Assembly (NCBI GenBank): GCA_965205795.1
Contig: OZ242177.1
Coordinates: 2,440,424 to 2,504,423 of the forward strand
Length of the DNA stretch: 64,000 bases
Direction of reading: 5' to 3'
From: Nitrospirales bacterium
GTDB taxonomy: Bacteria > Nitrospirota > Nitrospiria > Nitrospirales > UBA8639
Every line of letters starts with the position of its first letter. The first letter of the stretch is position 1. Below are positions 1 through 13,300 of the stretch, one piece after another. The position numbers and the translations under genes are program-made. A model generated the notes under the pieces. It saw nothing but the letters and a program-made list of their open reading frames with translations. It was not told the origin of the DNA and did not search any database.

Positions 1-3000
1 GGCGGCGCCGTGGTTACGACCATTGACACCGCCACCGGCCGGTTGTTCCTGCCCGGCGGCTTTGAGGCCCAGACCGGCGCCACCGGCCGCACCAACGGGC
101 AGGGCGCCTACGGCAGCTTCACCCTGACCACTGCCGGCATGTGGACCTATGCGCTGAATAACGCCGACCCCGCCACCAACGCGCTGGCGGGCGGCGTCCG
201 GGTCACCGACGTCTTTACGGCGGTCGCCGCCGACGCCAGCGAGACGCAAGCCGTCACCATCACCGTCATTGGCGCCAATGATGCGCCCACAGCGAACGCC
301 GGGGCTGATCAACCCGCCGTGCTTGTCGACGCCACGGTCACGCTGGAGGGCCGCGGCACCGACCCGGATGCCGGCGACAGCATTGTCGCCTACACTTGGA
401 CACAAAGCGGCGACCCGGCGGTAATCTTGAGCGCCGCCGATGTGGCCCGGCCGACCTTCACGGCGCCGGACGTGACGAGCGTCACCGCACTGACCTTTGC
501 CCTGGTGGTCAGCGACGGCGAAGCGGCTTCACCCGCCGACACCGTCACCATCACCGTCTACCCGGCCATCACCGGCGACACGACCGGCATGGTCATGGAA
601 GGCGGCGTCGCGGTTGCGACCATTGACACCGCTACCGGCCGGTTGACCCATGCCATCGGCGCCTTTGTGGCCCAGCCCGGCGCCGACCCCACCAACGGGC
701 AGGGCGCCTACGGCCGCTTCACCCTGGCCACCGGCGGGGCGTGGACCTATACGCTGGATAACGAGGCCCCCGACACCGACGCGCTCCCCGCCGGCGTGAC
801 GATGACCGATGTCTTTACGGCGGTGTCCAGCCTGAACGCGGCCGTGACGCAAGCCGTCACCATCACCGTCACCGGCGCCAATGACGCGCCGACCGCCGAC
901 GCGGGCGCCGCCCGGACAGTGCCCCAGAGCGCCACGGTAGCGCTGATTGGCCGCGGCACCGACCCGGACACCGGCGACCAGGCGGCGCTGGGCTATGTGT
1001 GGACACAGACCGGTGGCACGTCGACCGTCACCCTCGTCCCCGGGGTGGCCCCCACCACAGTCACCTTCCTCGCGCCCACGGTGACGGTGGACACGCCCCT
1101 GACGTTCACGCTGACCGTGACCGACCCGCAGCCGGTCGCGGCCACCGACACCGACACCGTGATCGTCACCATTAGCGCGGCCCTCACGGCCTCCACCATC
1201 ACCGGCAGCATTTTCGGCGGCATCACCGAAGACGCGGATCCGAACACCGCCATCGGCACGCTGACCGTGACCACGCTGCAGATCGTGGGTGATGACGTCA
1301 TCGGCACGTTCCAGCCGCAGACCGTGCCGGGCGTCTACGGCGCCTTCACGCTGGCCGACACCGGCGCGTGGACCTACACGCTGAACAACGAGAACATCGT
1401 CATCAACGCCCTGCCCCTGGGCTCCGAGGAGCTCCAGGAGACCTTCCGGGTGGTGGCCGTCGACAGCACCCCGGCGACCGTGACCATCTTTATCAACGGC
1501 GCCAATGACCTCCCCACCGTCGAGGTTGAGCCGACGCAGACCGTTGGCGAAGAGACTATTGTGACGCTGACCGGCACCGGCGATGACGTGGATACCGGCG
1601 ATCGGGACCGGTTGCGCTATCAGTGGACACAGATTGATTTTGAGCTTGACGACCCCACGGCTGTCACGCGGCAGGTCACGCTGACCAACGCGGACACCGC
1701 CACCGCCACCTTTACCGCGCCCAATTTCCTTGAGGCCACGCCCCTGACGTTCACGCTGACCGTCGCCGATGTGCATAGCGCCGGCGTCACCGCCACGGTG
1801 ATCGTCACCGTGACCGCGGTCAACGACCCGGTGCTCATCGGCGGCGAGCAGACCGGGAGCGTCACCGAAGACGGGGCGGTGTTGGCGCGGGGCGAGTTGA
1901 CGATCCGTGATCCGGATGGCCACGACCGCTTCCGGGCCCAGACGGCCGTGGCCGGCGACTATGGCACGCTGGCGAGCCTGACCGCCACCGGCGTGTGGGT
2001 CTACGCGCTGAACAACAATGACGAAGTCGTTCAGAACCTGCGGGCGACCGACGTGCGCACCGAGACCTTCACCGTGCGGGCCGAGGACAACACCCCCGTG
2101 AGCCTCACCATCACCGTCAACGGCGCCAATGACGCGCCGACTGCCACGGGCCGGTTCCGGAGCGACGCGCTGATCATTGACAGCAGCGTCATTGGGGGGA
2201 GTGCGGTGAGTCTGGTCGGCACGGGCACCGACCGGGATACCGGCGAGCAGGCGGCGTTGCGCTATGCATGGACGCAAGTCAGCGGCCAGCCCGACGTCCT
2301 GCTGACCGCCGCGGACACCGCCACCGCCACCTTCACCGCGCCGACGTTGCCCGCGGAGACGACGCTGGTGTTTGAGTTGACCGTCACCGACGGGCAAGAG
2401 GCCACCGCCATCGCGCCGGTGCGTGTGCTCGTGCGGGCGGCGGACAACATCCCGGCGGTCTTTGGCGGGACGCGCGGCCGCGTCACCGAAGACGGGGAGC
2501 CGACCGCCACCGCCACGCTGACCGTGACTGACGCGGATGGCTCTGATACTACCGTCCAGGCGCAGGCCGACCTTGTCGGCGCCTATGGCAGGTTCACGCT
2601 GAACGCCGCGACCAGCGTGTGGAGCTACACACTGAATAACGACACGGACGCCGTCCAGGGCCTGGCCGCGAACGAGGCCGTGCGTGAACGGTTTGCCGTG
2701 CGGGCCGCGGACGGCACGCGGGGCGAGGTCGTCATCACCGTCCACGGCGCCAACGACGCGCCGACCGTGACCGCCACCAGCGAGCCGGTGACGGCCAATG
2801 AGGGCACCACCGTGACCCTGACCGGCACCGGCACCGACCCGGATCGGCAAGACCGGTTGCGCTATCAGTGGACGCCGCCCGCCGGCATCCCGACCAGTGG
2901 GCTTCTCCCCTCCGCGACCTCGGCCCGCATCACCTTTGCCGTGCCGGATTTGCCCGGAGACACGGCCCTGGCGTTCACGCTGACCGTCACCGACCCGTCG

Positions 3001-4344
3001 GAGGTCACCGCCACCGCCATGGTCACCGTCATGGTCACGGCGGAGAACGATGCGGCGACCTTTGGCGGCACCCACACCGGCACGGTCATTGAAAACGACA
3101 GTGCGAACAGTGTGGCCGCGGGCGTGTTGACCGTCAGAGACCCGGACACCCTCCACCGCTTCACGGCGCAGACCGACCTGGCCGGCACCTACGGCCGGTT
3201 CACCCTGTTCGCCGACGGGCGCTGGCGGTACGTCCTGGACAACGACGATCTGGACACCAACGCGCTGGCCGCGAGTGAGGAAGCCACCGACCGCTTCCCG
3301 GTGGCGACCGAGGACGGCACGACGTTCCAGCTGACGACCACGGATGGCCCGACGCCCACGGAAGTGAACGCGGTAGTCATCACCATCACCGGCTTCAATG
3401 ACCCGCCGACCGTCGACGCCGGGGCCGCGCAGTTTGTGCCGACCGGGTCGACGGTGACGCTGGCCGGCATCGTCAGCGACCCGGAGAGTAGCGCGGAGGC
3501 CCTGACCTATGCGTGGACGCAAACCGGCGCCCCCGCCGTCGACCTTGCCGGCGACGCCACCGCCACCGCCACCTTCCTCGCGCCCCCGGTCCCCGCGGAC
3601 ACGCCCCTGATGTTCACGCTGACCGTCACCGCGCCGGCCGCGCCAGGCGAGACAAGCGAGACAGGGGCGCAGCAGACGGTCATGGACACGGTGATCGTCA
3701 CGGTGCGCCCGTTCAGCGTCCCGGCGGTCTTTAGCGGCGAGCGCACCGGCGGCGTCACCGAAGACGCGCCCACGAACACCGCCACCGCCACGTTGACCGT
3801 GACAGACGCGGATGGCCCGAATCTTGCCCGGGCGCAGACCGACATCGCCGGCACCTATGGCCGCTTCAGCATCATCGACACCGGCGAGTGGATGTACACC
3901 CTGAACAATGCCGTTGACGCGCCGACCCAGGCGCTGGCGGCGAATCAACAGGTCACCGAGCGGTTCACGGTTCAGGCCGTTGACGGCACGCCGGATGCGG
4001 TGGTCATCACCGTCACCGGCGCCAACGACGCGCCGAGCGCGACCATTGACGCGCCGGCGCAGAGCGCCAACGAGGGTACCCTCGTGACCTTGAGTGGCCG
4101 CGGCCGCGACCCGGACATGCTCGACCGGCTGGCCTATCAGTGGACGCAGCGTGGCGGCACGGCCGAGACCCGCGTCACGCTGGACAACATCGAATCCCCC
4201 GACAACACGATGACCATGGTCAGCTTCACCGCGCCCGAGATCACCGCAGCCACGCCCCTGACCTTTGAGTTGACCGTCACCGACCCGACCGCCAGCGACC
4301 CGGCCACGGCCACGGCGCTGGTGACCGTCCACCCGGTTCCGGGC
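1..4344 (+). repeat. VCBS / PKD-like di-domain array (7 units, period ~0.60-0.65 kb; left edge cut by window)
   Basis: The VCBS motif ...YG.FTL...G.WTYTL.N......AL..G....D.F.......VTITVTGANDAPTA alternates with the PKD-like motif ...V.L.G.GTDPD.GD.L.Y.WTQ.GG..V.L....A.A.FTAP.....T.L.F.LTVTD. Y.WTQ landmarks lie at 401, 994, 1618, 2263, 2863, 3508 and 4134. Confidence 0.85.
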
Positions 4345-7300
4345 ATCAGCAGCCTGGCGTTGACCTCGGATGCCGGTGATGGCGTCTACGCGATTGGCGA
4401 CGAGATTGAAGCGACCGTCACCTTCGACGCCCCGGTCATCGTCACCGGCCAGCCGCGGCTGGCGCTGGGTGTGGGCCCGGCGACGCGGCGCCAGGCGGTG
4501 GCGGTCCCCACCGACAGCAGCAGCAGGACGACGCTGGCCTTCCGCTACACGGTTCGCGCCGGCGACCTTGACGAGGACGGCGTGAGTATCGGCGCCAATG
4601 CGCTGAGCCACACCGCCGACAGCACGATACGAGCCGCGGCCGATGCTGCCGCCGACGCGCTGATCACGCATACCGTGACGCTGGCCGCGAGCACCGCCCA
4701 TCGCGTAGACGGCATTGCCCCGGCGGTGGACCGTGTCACCCTCAGCACCACCGGCCCGTACATTGCGGGCGACGCGATTGCGTTGACGGCAACCTTCATC
4801 GACGCCGTCACGGTAATCGGCACACCGCAGATCGCGCTGACGGTGGGCCCGGCGACGCGCCAGGCGGTCTACGCCAGCGCCCGCAGCACCCCCACGGCGC
4901 TGGTCTTCAGCTACACCGTCGTCGCCGGCGACCACGATGCCGATGGGGTTGACGTCGCACCCAATGCCCTGGCGGCCAACAGCGGCCTCATCGGGGACGC
5001 CGCCGGCAACGACGCGGTGCTTGCCCACGATGCCATTGCTGCGGTCAACGCCAATCGAGTGGACACCGCCGTGCCGACAGTCAGCACGGCAACAATTAAT
5101 GGCAGGACACTGACACTGACCTACGAGGAGGCGCTCGACGCCCGCTCGGTACCGGCACCGTCAGCCTACACGCTGACGCTGGCGTCGGGCACTGCCCCGA
5201 CGGTGGCCAACGGCGGCGTGGCCATCAGCGGGCAGACCGTGACGCTCACGCTGAGCACCGCCGTGGTATCGACCGATGCTGGCGTGACGCTGACCTACAC
5301 CGCCGGGCCGACTCCGCTGCTGGATCTGGCCGGCAACCAGGCCGACGACTTCAGTGACCAGGCGGTGACCAACACCACGCCCGATCTGGTTCCGGATTTC
5401 GAAGCGCAGACCATTGCCGCCCAGACCTACACCGTGGGCACCGACGTTGGCACCGTCACATTGCCGGCAGCCACCGGCGGCAACGGCGAATTGGCCTATA
5501 CCCTCAGTCCGGCCCTGCCCAGCGGCCTGGTCTATACCGCCGCCGCGCGCACCATCAGCGGCACCCCGGCACAAGGCACCGAGCAGGCCGCCACCCCCTA
5601 CACCTACACCGTGCGCGACCGCGACGGCAGCAGTGCGACCCTTGGCTTCACCCTCCGCATCACCCCGGCGGTCATGACCGGCGCGGTGACGGAAGACGAC
5701 CCCGACGCCACCACCACGAGCGGCCGGTTGACCCTGCCCGGCGGCTTTGCTCCCCAGACCGACGCGGTGGGCGCCTACGGCACCTTTGCTCTGGCTGGCA
5801 CCGGCGCCTGGACCTACACGCTGGACAACAACGATGTCGACACCGACGCGCTGGCCGCCGGCGACACGATGACCGATGTCTTGACCGCGGTCTCCACCGC
5901 CGACAGCACGGTGACGCGCCAGGTCACCATCACCGTCACCGGCGCCGATGACTCGGCGGAGATCAGCGGCACGACCACCGGCGGCGTCACCGAAAACGAT
6001 GCCACCACCACCGCCAGCGGCACGCTGACAATCATTGACCCGGACAGTGCCACCACCTTCACGTCGCTTGACGAAGCATCCGGCACCTACGGCGCCTTCA
6101 GGCTGGCCGCGAGCGGCGCGTGGACCTACACCCTGGACAACAGGGATGTGGACACCAACGCGCTGGCCGTGGACAGCGAGGGCACCGACGTGTTCACCGT
6201 GGTGACGAGCGACGCCACCACGGCACTCGTGACCCTCACCATCACCGGCGCCAACGACGCGCCGACCGCCGCGGCCGGCGTCGACCAGACCGTCACCGAA
6301 GGCGACCAGGTCGCGCTGAGCGGCACGGGCACCGACCCGGATACCGGGGATCTCCTGACCTATGCGTGGACGCAGACCGGCGACACAGCCGAGCCCGCAG
6401 TCGCGCTGACCAATGCCAACACCGCCCGCGCCACCTTCACTGCGCCGCAATTACCCGCGCCCGTGACGCTGACGTTCGTGCTGACCGTCACCGACCAACA
6501 GACCGCCCTCCACACCGACATGGTGCTGGTCACCGTTCAGGCGCAGAACACCCCGGCCGCCATCAGTGGTGCGCGCATGGGCAGCATCACCGAAAACGCG
6601 GCCCCGAACACGGTCACCGGCATGCTGACGGTCATGGATGAGGATGGCGACGACGACTTCAGCGCCGGGGTGATCTCCAGCATCTCCGACCCCGACCCCG
6701 CCCCGCTGGCCGACACCGGCGCCGGGTCGGTCTCCGGCGTCTACGGCAGCTTCACGCTGGCCGTCACCGGCGCGTGGACCTATACGTTGGACAACGGCAA
6801 CTCCAACACCGACGGGCTGATTGAGGACGCCACCATCACCGAGACGTTCCGGGTACAGACGGCCGACGGCACCGCGGAGACGGTCGTGCTCACCATCACC
6901 GGCGTCAATGACGCGCCGACTGCCATTGCCGGCGCCGCGCGCACCGTGTCCGAAGCCAGCCAGGTAACCCTGACCGGTCGCGGCGAAGACCCGGATGCCG
7001 GCGACACCCTGACGTATGCGTGGACACAGGTCGGCGGCACCCCCACGGTCACCCTCGCCGACGCCGCCACCACCCGCGCCAGCTTCATCACGCCGCAGTT
7101 GACCGCGTCGACCGCCCTGATGTTTGCGCTGACCGTGACCGACTCGTCCGGGGCCAGGGGCATCGACACCGTGGTGCTCACCGTCCAGGCCGACAACGAC
7201 CCGGCGGTGGTCACCGGCGTGCGCACCGGCATCGTCACCGAAAACGCGGCCCCGGACGAGAGCGCCGCCACCGGCCAGCTGACCGCGACCGATCCGGACA

Positions 7301-10300
7301 GCCTTGACACGTTCCAGATGCAGACGGACGTCCCCGGCACCTACGGCACATTCCGTGTGACGATGCAGGGCGCGTGGACCTACAGGCTGGACAATGCGCT
7401 CGCGGCCACCAATGCGCTGGCGGCGAACCAGTCCTCGGTGCAAGACCGCTTTGAGGTGCAGACCGCGGACGGCACCGCAGACGCGGTGGTCATCACCGTC
7501 CTCGGCGCCAATGACGGGCCGACCGCCATGGTCGTCGGCGACGACCGGAGCGTTAACGAGGGTGCCGCGGTCACGCTGACCGGCACCGGCACCGACCCGG
7601 ACACCGACGACGTGCTGACCTATCGGTGGGCGCAGACCGGTGGCACGCCCCGGATTGCGCTGACTGGCGCGAACACCAACAGCGTCAGCTTCACCGCGCC
7701 GCCGTTAGCCGCGGACGCGCCCTTTGTGTTCACGCTGACCGTCACCGACTCGGCGCTCGCCACCGCCACCGACACGGTGACCGTGACCATCCAGGCGGAT
7801 GATGACGCGGCGACCATCACCGGCGATCGCACCGGGGCGGTCACCGAAGACGCGGATACGAACACGGTCATCGGCCAGTTGACCGCGGACGACCCGGATG
7901 GCGACAACCGCTTCCGGCCCCAGCGCGCCCTCGGCACCGCCGGCCAGTACGGCACCTTCAGGCTGACCGCGACCGGGGTGTGGACCTACATGCTGGACAA
8001 CCGCGCGGACGTCACCAACGCCCTGGCCGAGGGGGCCAGCGTCACCGACACCTTCATGGTCGCCGCCAGCGACGGCACCTCGGACGCAGTGGTGATCACC
8101 GTCCTCGGCGCCAATGACGCGCCGACCGCCACGGCCGGCGCCTCGCGGACTGTGCCCGAAGCCGCGCAGGTGACCCTGGTGGCCACCGCGACGGACCCGG
8201 ATAGCGGGGATCTCCTGACCTATGCGTGGACGCAGCTCGCCGGCACGCCGGAGCAGATGCTGGACGGCGCCGACACCGCCAATGCCCGCTTCACCACGCC
8301 CCAGCTTGAGGACACCACCGCCTTCACATTCACGCTGACGGTCACCGACCGGGCGCGCGCCCAGGCCACCGACCGGGTCATCATCACCGTGGATGCGGAC
8401 AACGACGCGGCCACGATCACCGGCACCCCCACCGGCGCCGTCACCGAAGCCGGCATTGAAGCCGGCACCGAGACCGCAGGCGTGCCGACGACCACCGGCA
8501 CGTTGACCGTGACCGACCCGGATGGCGACGACCGCTTCCAGCCCCAGCCCGCCCCCGGCACCGCAGGCCGCTACGGCGCCTTGAGCCTGACCGAGAACGG
8601 GGTTTGGAGCTATACCCTGAGCAATGCGGATAGTGCCACCAACGCCCTGCTCGCGGACGCCATCGTCACCGACACCTTCCCGGTGGCCGCCAGTGACGGC
8701 ACCGAGGTGTTGGTGGCGATCACGGTCACCGGCGCCAATGACGCGCCGACCGCGAACGCCGGGGCGGATCAGGCCGACATTCCTGAAGGGCAACGGGTGT
8801 TCCTGTCTGGCAGCGGGAGCGACCCGGACACCGGCGATGCGGCGGCCCTGACGTATGTCTGGACGCAGACCGGCGGCACGCCCACCGTCACGTTCACCCC
8901 CTCCGGGCCGTCCAGAGTCGTCCGCTTCACCGCGCCGCAGTTGCTCGCAGGGACGACCCTGATGTTTGAGCTGACCGTGACCGACCCGCAGGGCGCCGTG
9001 GACCGTGATCAGGTGCAGGTCACCATTGAGGCGGACAATGACCCGGCGACCATCACTGGCCAGCGCACCGGAGCAGTCACCGAAGACGCGGAGCCCACCG
9101 TCACCGGCCAGCTGACCGTGACCGACCCGGATGGCGCCGACCGCTTTGCGGCGGTGGCGGATCCCGGCCTCGTCGGCATCTACGGCACCTTCACCCTGAC
9201 CGCCGAAGGCGCGTGGACCTACACCCTGGACAATGATGACCCGGACACCGATGCTCTGGCCGCGAATGCCCGCGTCACCGACACGTTCACCGTGCGGCCT
9301 GAGGACCCGGGTGACTCCGCCGAGGTCACCATCACCATCCTCGGCGCCAATGATCCGGCGGTCGCGATCACCGGCACGACCACCGGCGCCGTGACCGCCG
9401 TGCCCGCAGCCACGGCGCCCACCCTCGCCACCGGCACGCTGGTGGTGGATGATCCGGACGGCCCCGGCACCGTCCAGGCGCGGGAGACCCCCGGCGCCTA
9501 CGGCGTCTTCCGCGTGACCGCGCAAGGGGTCTGGACCTACACCCTGACCAACGCGGACCGGGACACCATCGCCCTGGCCGCGGGTGACACCGCGACCGAC
9601 GCGTTCACCGTGACCGCGGACGACGGCATCACGACGACCGTCACCATCACCGTCACCGGCGCGGATGACCCGGTGACGATCACCGGCACGACCACCGGCG
9701 CCGTGACCGAAGGCCGGGGGCCGTTCAGCGGCACATTGACCGCGACCGACCCGGACAGCCCGGCGTCCCCCGTCCTGTTCCAGGCATTGACCACCCCCGG
9801 CCTCTACGGCATCTTCAACGTGACCGCAGGCGGCGTCTGGCGCTACACGCTGGACAATGAGAATGCGGCCACCAACGCCCTGGCCGCGGACGCCACCGAG
9901 ACCGAACGTTTCACCGTGACCGCGGACGGCATCACGACGACCGTCACCATCACCGTCACCGGCGCCGATGACCCGTCCACCATCGGTGGTGATCTCACCG
10001 GCGCCGTCACCGACAACGCACCGACGACCACCGACAGCGGCACGCTGACCGCGATCGACCTGGACGAGATAGAGACCCCCATCGAATTCGTCCCCATCAC
10101 GTTCACGCTGCCGACGAGTGCCGGTGGCCCCTACGGCGGTGCCGGTGCCGGCATCTACGGCGGCCTGGAGCTGGCCGCGACCGGCGAGTGGACCTACACC
10201 CTGAACCTGGACGATGCGGACACCATCGCCCTGGCCGCGGGCGCCACCGCCACCGACGCGTTCACTGTCATGGCGACGAATGCCGGCGTTGACGATGCCG

Positions 10301-13300
10301 TGCTCACCATCACCATCACCGGCGCCGACGACCCGGTGGTCTTCAGCGGGTTCACCGGCAGTACGACAGAAGACGAGTTCATCGGCGGATTCAACGAGCT
10401 CAGCGGCTTCTTGAGTGCGACGGACCCGGACGCCCCCGGATTGCGCTACACCTTCCGCCTCGCGCCCGGCGACTTCCAGGGCACCTACGGCACCTTCACC
10501 CTCAACGCCGGTGGCCTCCCCCGCTGGCGCTACCGGCTGGACAATACTGACGCGGACACCAACGCCCTGGCCGCAGGTGCCACCGTCACCGACACGTTCA
10601 GCGTGATGGTCGCCGATGAAGACGGCAACGACATCACCGATGTGACGCCAGCCGTCACCATCACCGTCACCGGCGCCAATGACGCGCCGACCGCCGAGGC
10701 GGGCGACGACCAGACCGTGCCCCGGGGCGCCATGGTGGCGCTGATTGGCCGCGGCAGCGACCCGGACACCGGCGATGCGGCGATGCTGACCTATGCGTGG
10801 ACGCAGACCGCCGGCACGCCGACCGTCACGCTCACCCCCGGAGCGGGCGACACCACGGTCACCTTTATCGCGGACCCGGTCACCGCGGACACGACCGTGA
10901 CGTTCACGCTGACCGTGACTGACCGGCAGGGCGCCATGGACACCGACACCGTGACAGTCGCCATTGATGCGGGCAGCATGGCCTCCACCATCACCGGCGA
11001 CCTGACCGGCACCGTCACCGAAGACGCGGAGCCGAACACCGCCACCGGCATGCTGACCGCGACGGCTGGGGACAACACCGTGCGCAATTTCGTGGCACAG
11101 ACCGTGCCGGGCACCTACGGCACCTTCATGCTGACCGCGACCAATAGCTGGACCTACACGCTGGACAACACACCGGGCAGCGCCACCGACGCCCTGCCGA
11201 TGGACAGCGCACGCATTGAGCAATTCCCGGTGGCGGCCATCGACAGCAGCACGGCGCTGGTGACCATCACGGTCAACGGCGCCAATGACGCGCCGACCGC
11301 CGATGCCGGCGACGCCGTCAGCGTGAACGAAGGCGATCCGGTCACGCTGGACGGCAGCGGCTCCAGCGACCCGGATAGCGGTGAGGGAACGGCCCTGACC
11401 TATCAGTGGACGCCGGTTGCCGGCACGCCGACCGTCACGCTCACCGATGCCGAGACCGCCACGCCCCGTTTCACCGCGCCCGCAGTAGACGAAGACGCGA
11501 TACTGACGTTCATACTGACGGTCACCGACCCGCAGCGCGTCACGGACACCGCCACGGTGGCCGTCACCGTGCGTGCGCTGCCGGTCGTCACCCTGGTGCT
11601 GACCCCGCCCGCGATCACCCAGAGCGGCGGCGTGAGCACCGTCACGGCCAGGCTGGACCAGGCCTCGTCCGCGCCGACCACGGTGACCGTCAGTGCGGCC
11701 CCGGTCAGCCCGGCGGTCGAGGGTGATTACCGCTTGAGTGACCCGTCGGTGCTGACCATTGCCGCCGGGGCGACCAGCAGCACCGGAACCGTCACCATCA
11801 CTGCCGTGAATCGCGGCAGCACGATACCCCGGCAGGTGACGGTGTCGGCCGTGGCCGTCAACGCCAATGGCATCACGCAACCGGACTCCCAAACCCTGAG
11901 CATTGCCGCCGTGGGTGATGGTGATGATGACGGCCTGCGTTTCGCGGACAGGGCGGTGAATCTGTTCTATCCGCTGGGCGTGCCGATCACCGCCACGACA
12001 TTGCCGCGGGAGGCCACCGACGACGCCGGGGCGCTGGCCTACACCCTGAGCCATTTGCACCTGTCCTTGAGCGAGTTAGGGCTGGCCTTTAACCCGGCCA
12101 CCCGCACCCTGACCGGCACGCCGATCCTGGCCGGCGTCGGCCATGAAGAGGATGACGCGGATCAGTTCGGGTTTGAGTTTGGCTATACGGTGACCGACGA
12201 GGCCGGGCGCACGGCTGAGCTGGAAGTGTTCATCACCATCTGCGCAGTCGGTGCGGTGCCGGCCGGCACCACCGAGTGCGCCCCGCCAGCCTACGTGCCC
12301 CTGGCGTTTACCGCCACCGTGGAGGCGCAGAGCTATCCGGTCAACACGGCCATCTCCTCGCTGACCCTGCCGGATGCCACCGGCGGCACCGGCGCCAGCC
12401 CCCGCCTGACCTATGTCTTGTCCCCGCTGCCCGCCGGGCTGGCCTTTGACCCGGCCACCCGCATCCTGACCGGCACGCCGACTGACCCCGGCGTCACCGG
12501 GCTGACGTATGCCGTCACCGACGCTGCGAGCGACCGGAGCTTCGCGCAAGCCTTTACCGTGACAGTGACCGGGCCGACGCTGGGCAGTCAGGGCGATCTG
12601 ACCTACCCTGCGTCCATCGCGATCACCCCGGTGACCCTGCCATCAGCCACCGGCGGCGCCGCGCCGCTGGTCTACACCCTGACCGGGCCAAATGGCGAGT
12701 CGCTGGCGACCGCCGTGCCCGGGCTGGTCTTTGCCCCGGCCCCGGCCGACCGCATCCTGTCCGGCACGCCGACCGTGGCGGGCCTGACCACGCTGACCTA
12801 CACGGTCACCGACAGCGCCACCCCGCCGGCCACCGACGTACAGACCTTTACCGTGACGGTGACCGGGGCGACGCTGGCCCGGCCGGCCGACATCACCACT
12901 CCGCCCGGCACGCCGTTCACCAGCAGCCCGTTCCCGGAGCTTCTGAATGCTGCCGGGCCGATCACCTACGCCGTGACCCGGCCGAACGGCCTCCTGTTAC
13001 CCACCGGCCTGACCTTTACCCCGACCACCCGCGTGCTGTCCGGCCAGGTGGCCGTGGGCGGTGTGACCATCCCGTTGGAATACAGCGCCACCTTCGGGGG
13101 CGGCAATCTCCGGCAGCCGTTTAACTTGCAGGTGACCGGGCCGAGGTTGCCGGGCGTCGACAACCAGCTCTACCTGGTGAACGTGGCCATTGAACCGCTG
13201 ACGCTGCCGCTGTCCCCCGGCGGCGGCACCGGCGCGGTGGGCTACGCCCTGACCGGGATGAACGCCGGGCCGGGCGCCGCCAACCTGCCCGCCGGCCTGA

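Larger units (their letters stand above)
1331..11586 (+). repeat. Copy A of a ~10.3-kb near-identical in-frame segmental duplication
   Basis: Matches 21191-31461. Many shadow ORFs in the track are identical between the copies (2865..3188 = 22740..23063; 8220..8561 = 28095..28436; 10791..11114 = 30666..30989). Confidence 0.9.

Noticed and set aside
5455-5480. LPxTG-like sortase motif (LPAATGG, LPSATGG, LPDATGG, LPTATGG occur many times).
   Set aside because: These belong to the conserved He_PIG core motif LP.ATGG.G.L.Y.L and recur internally in every such domain. They are not followed by a hydrophobic segment and a positively charged tail.
10120-10160. RTX nonapeptide (GGxGxDxUx) repeats or a T1SS secretion signal; the segment shown (PYGGAGAGIYGG) is the only Gly-rich candidate I met.
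   Set aside because: It is not a tandem nonapeptide array, and no RTX block was seen anywhere in the window. Secretion signals, if any, must lie outside the window at the gene termini.
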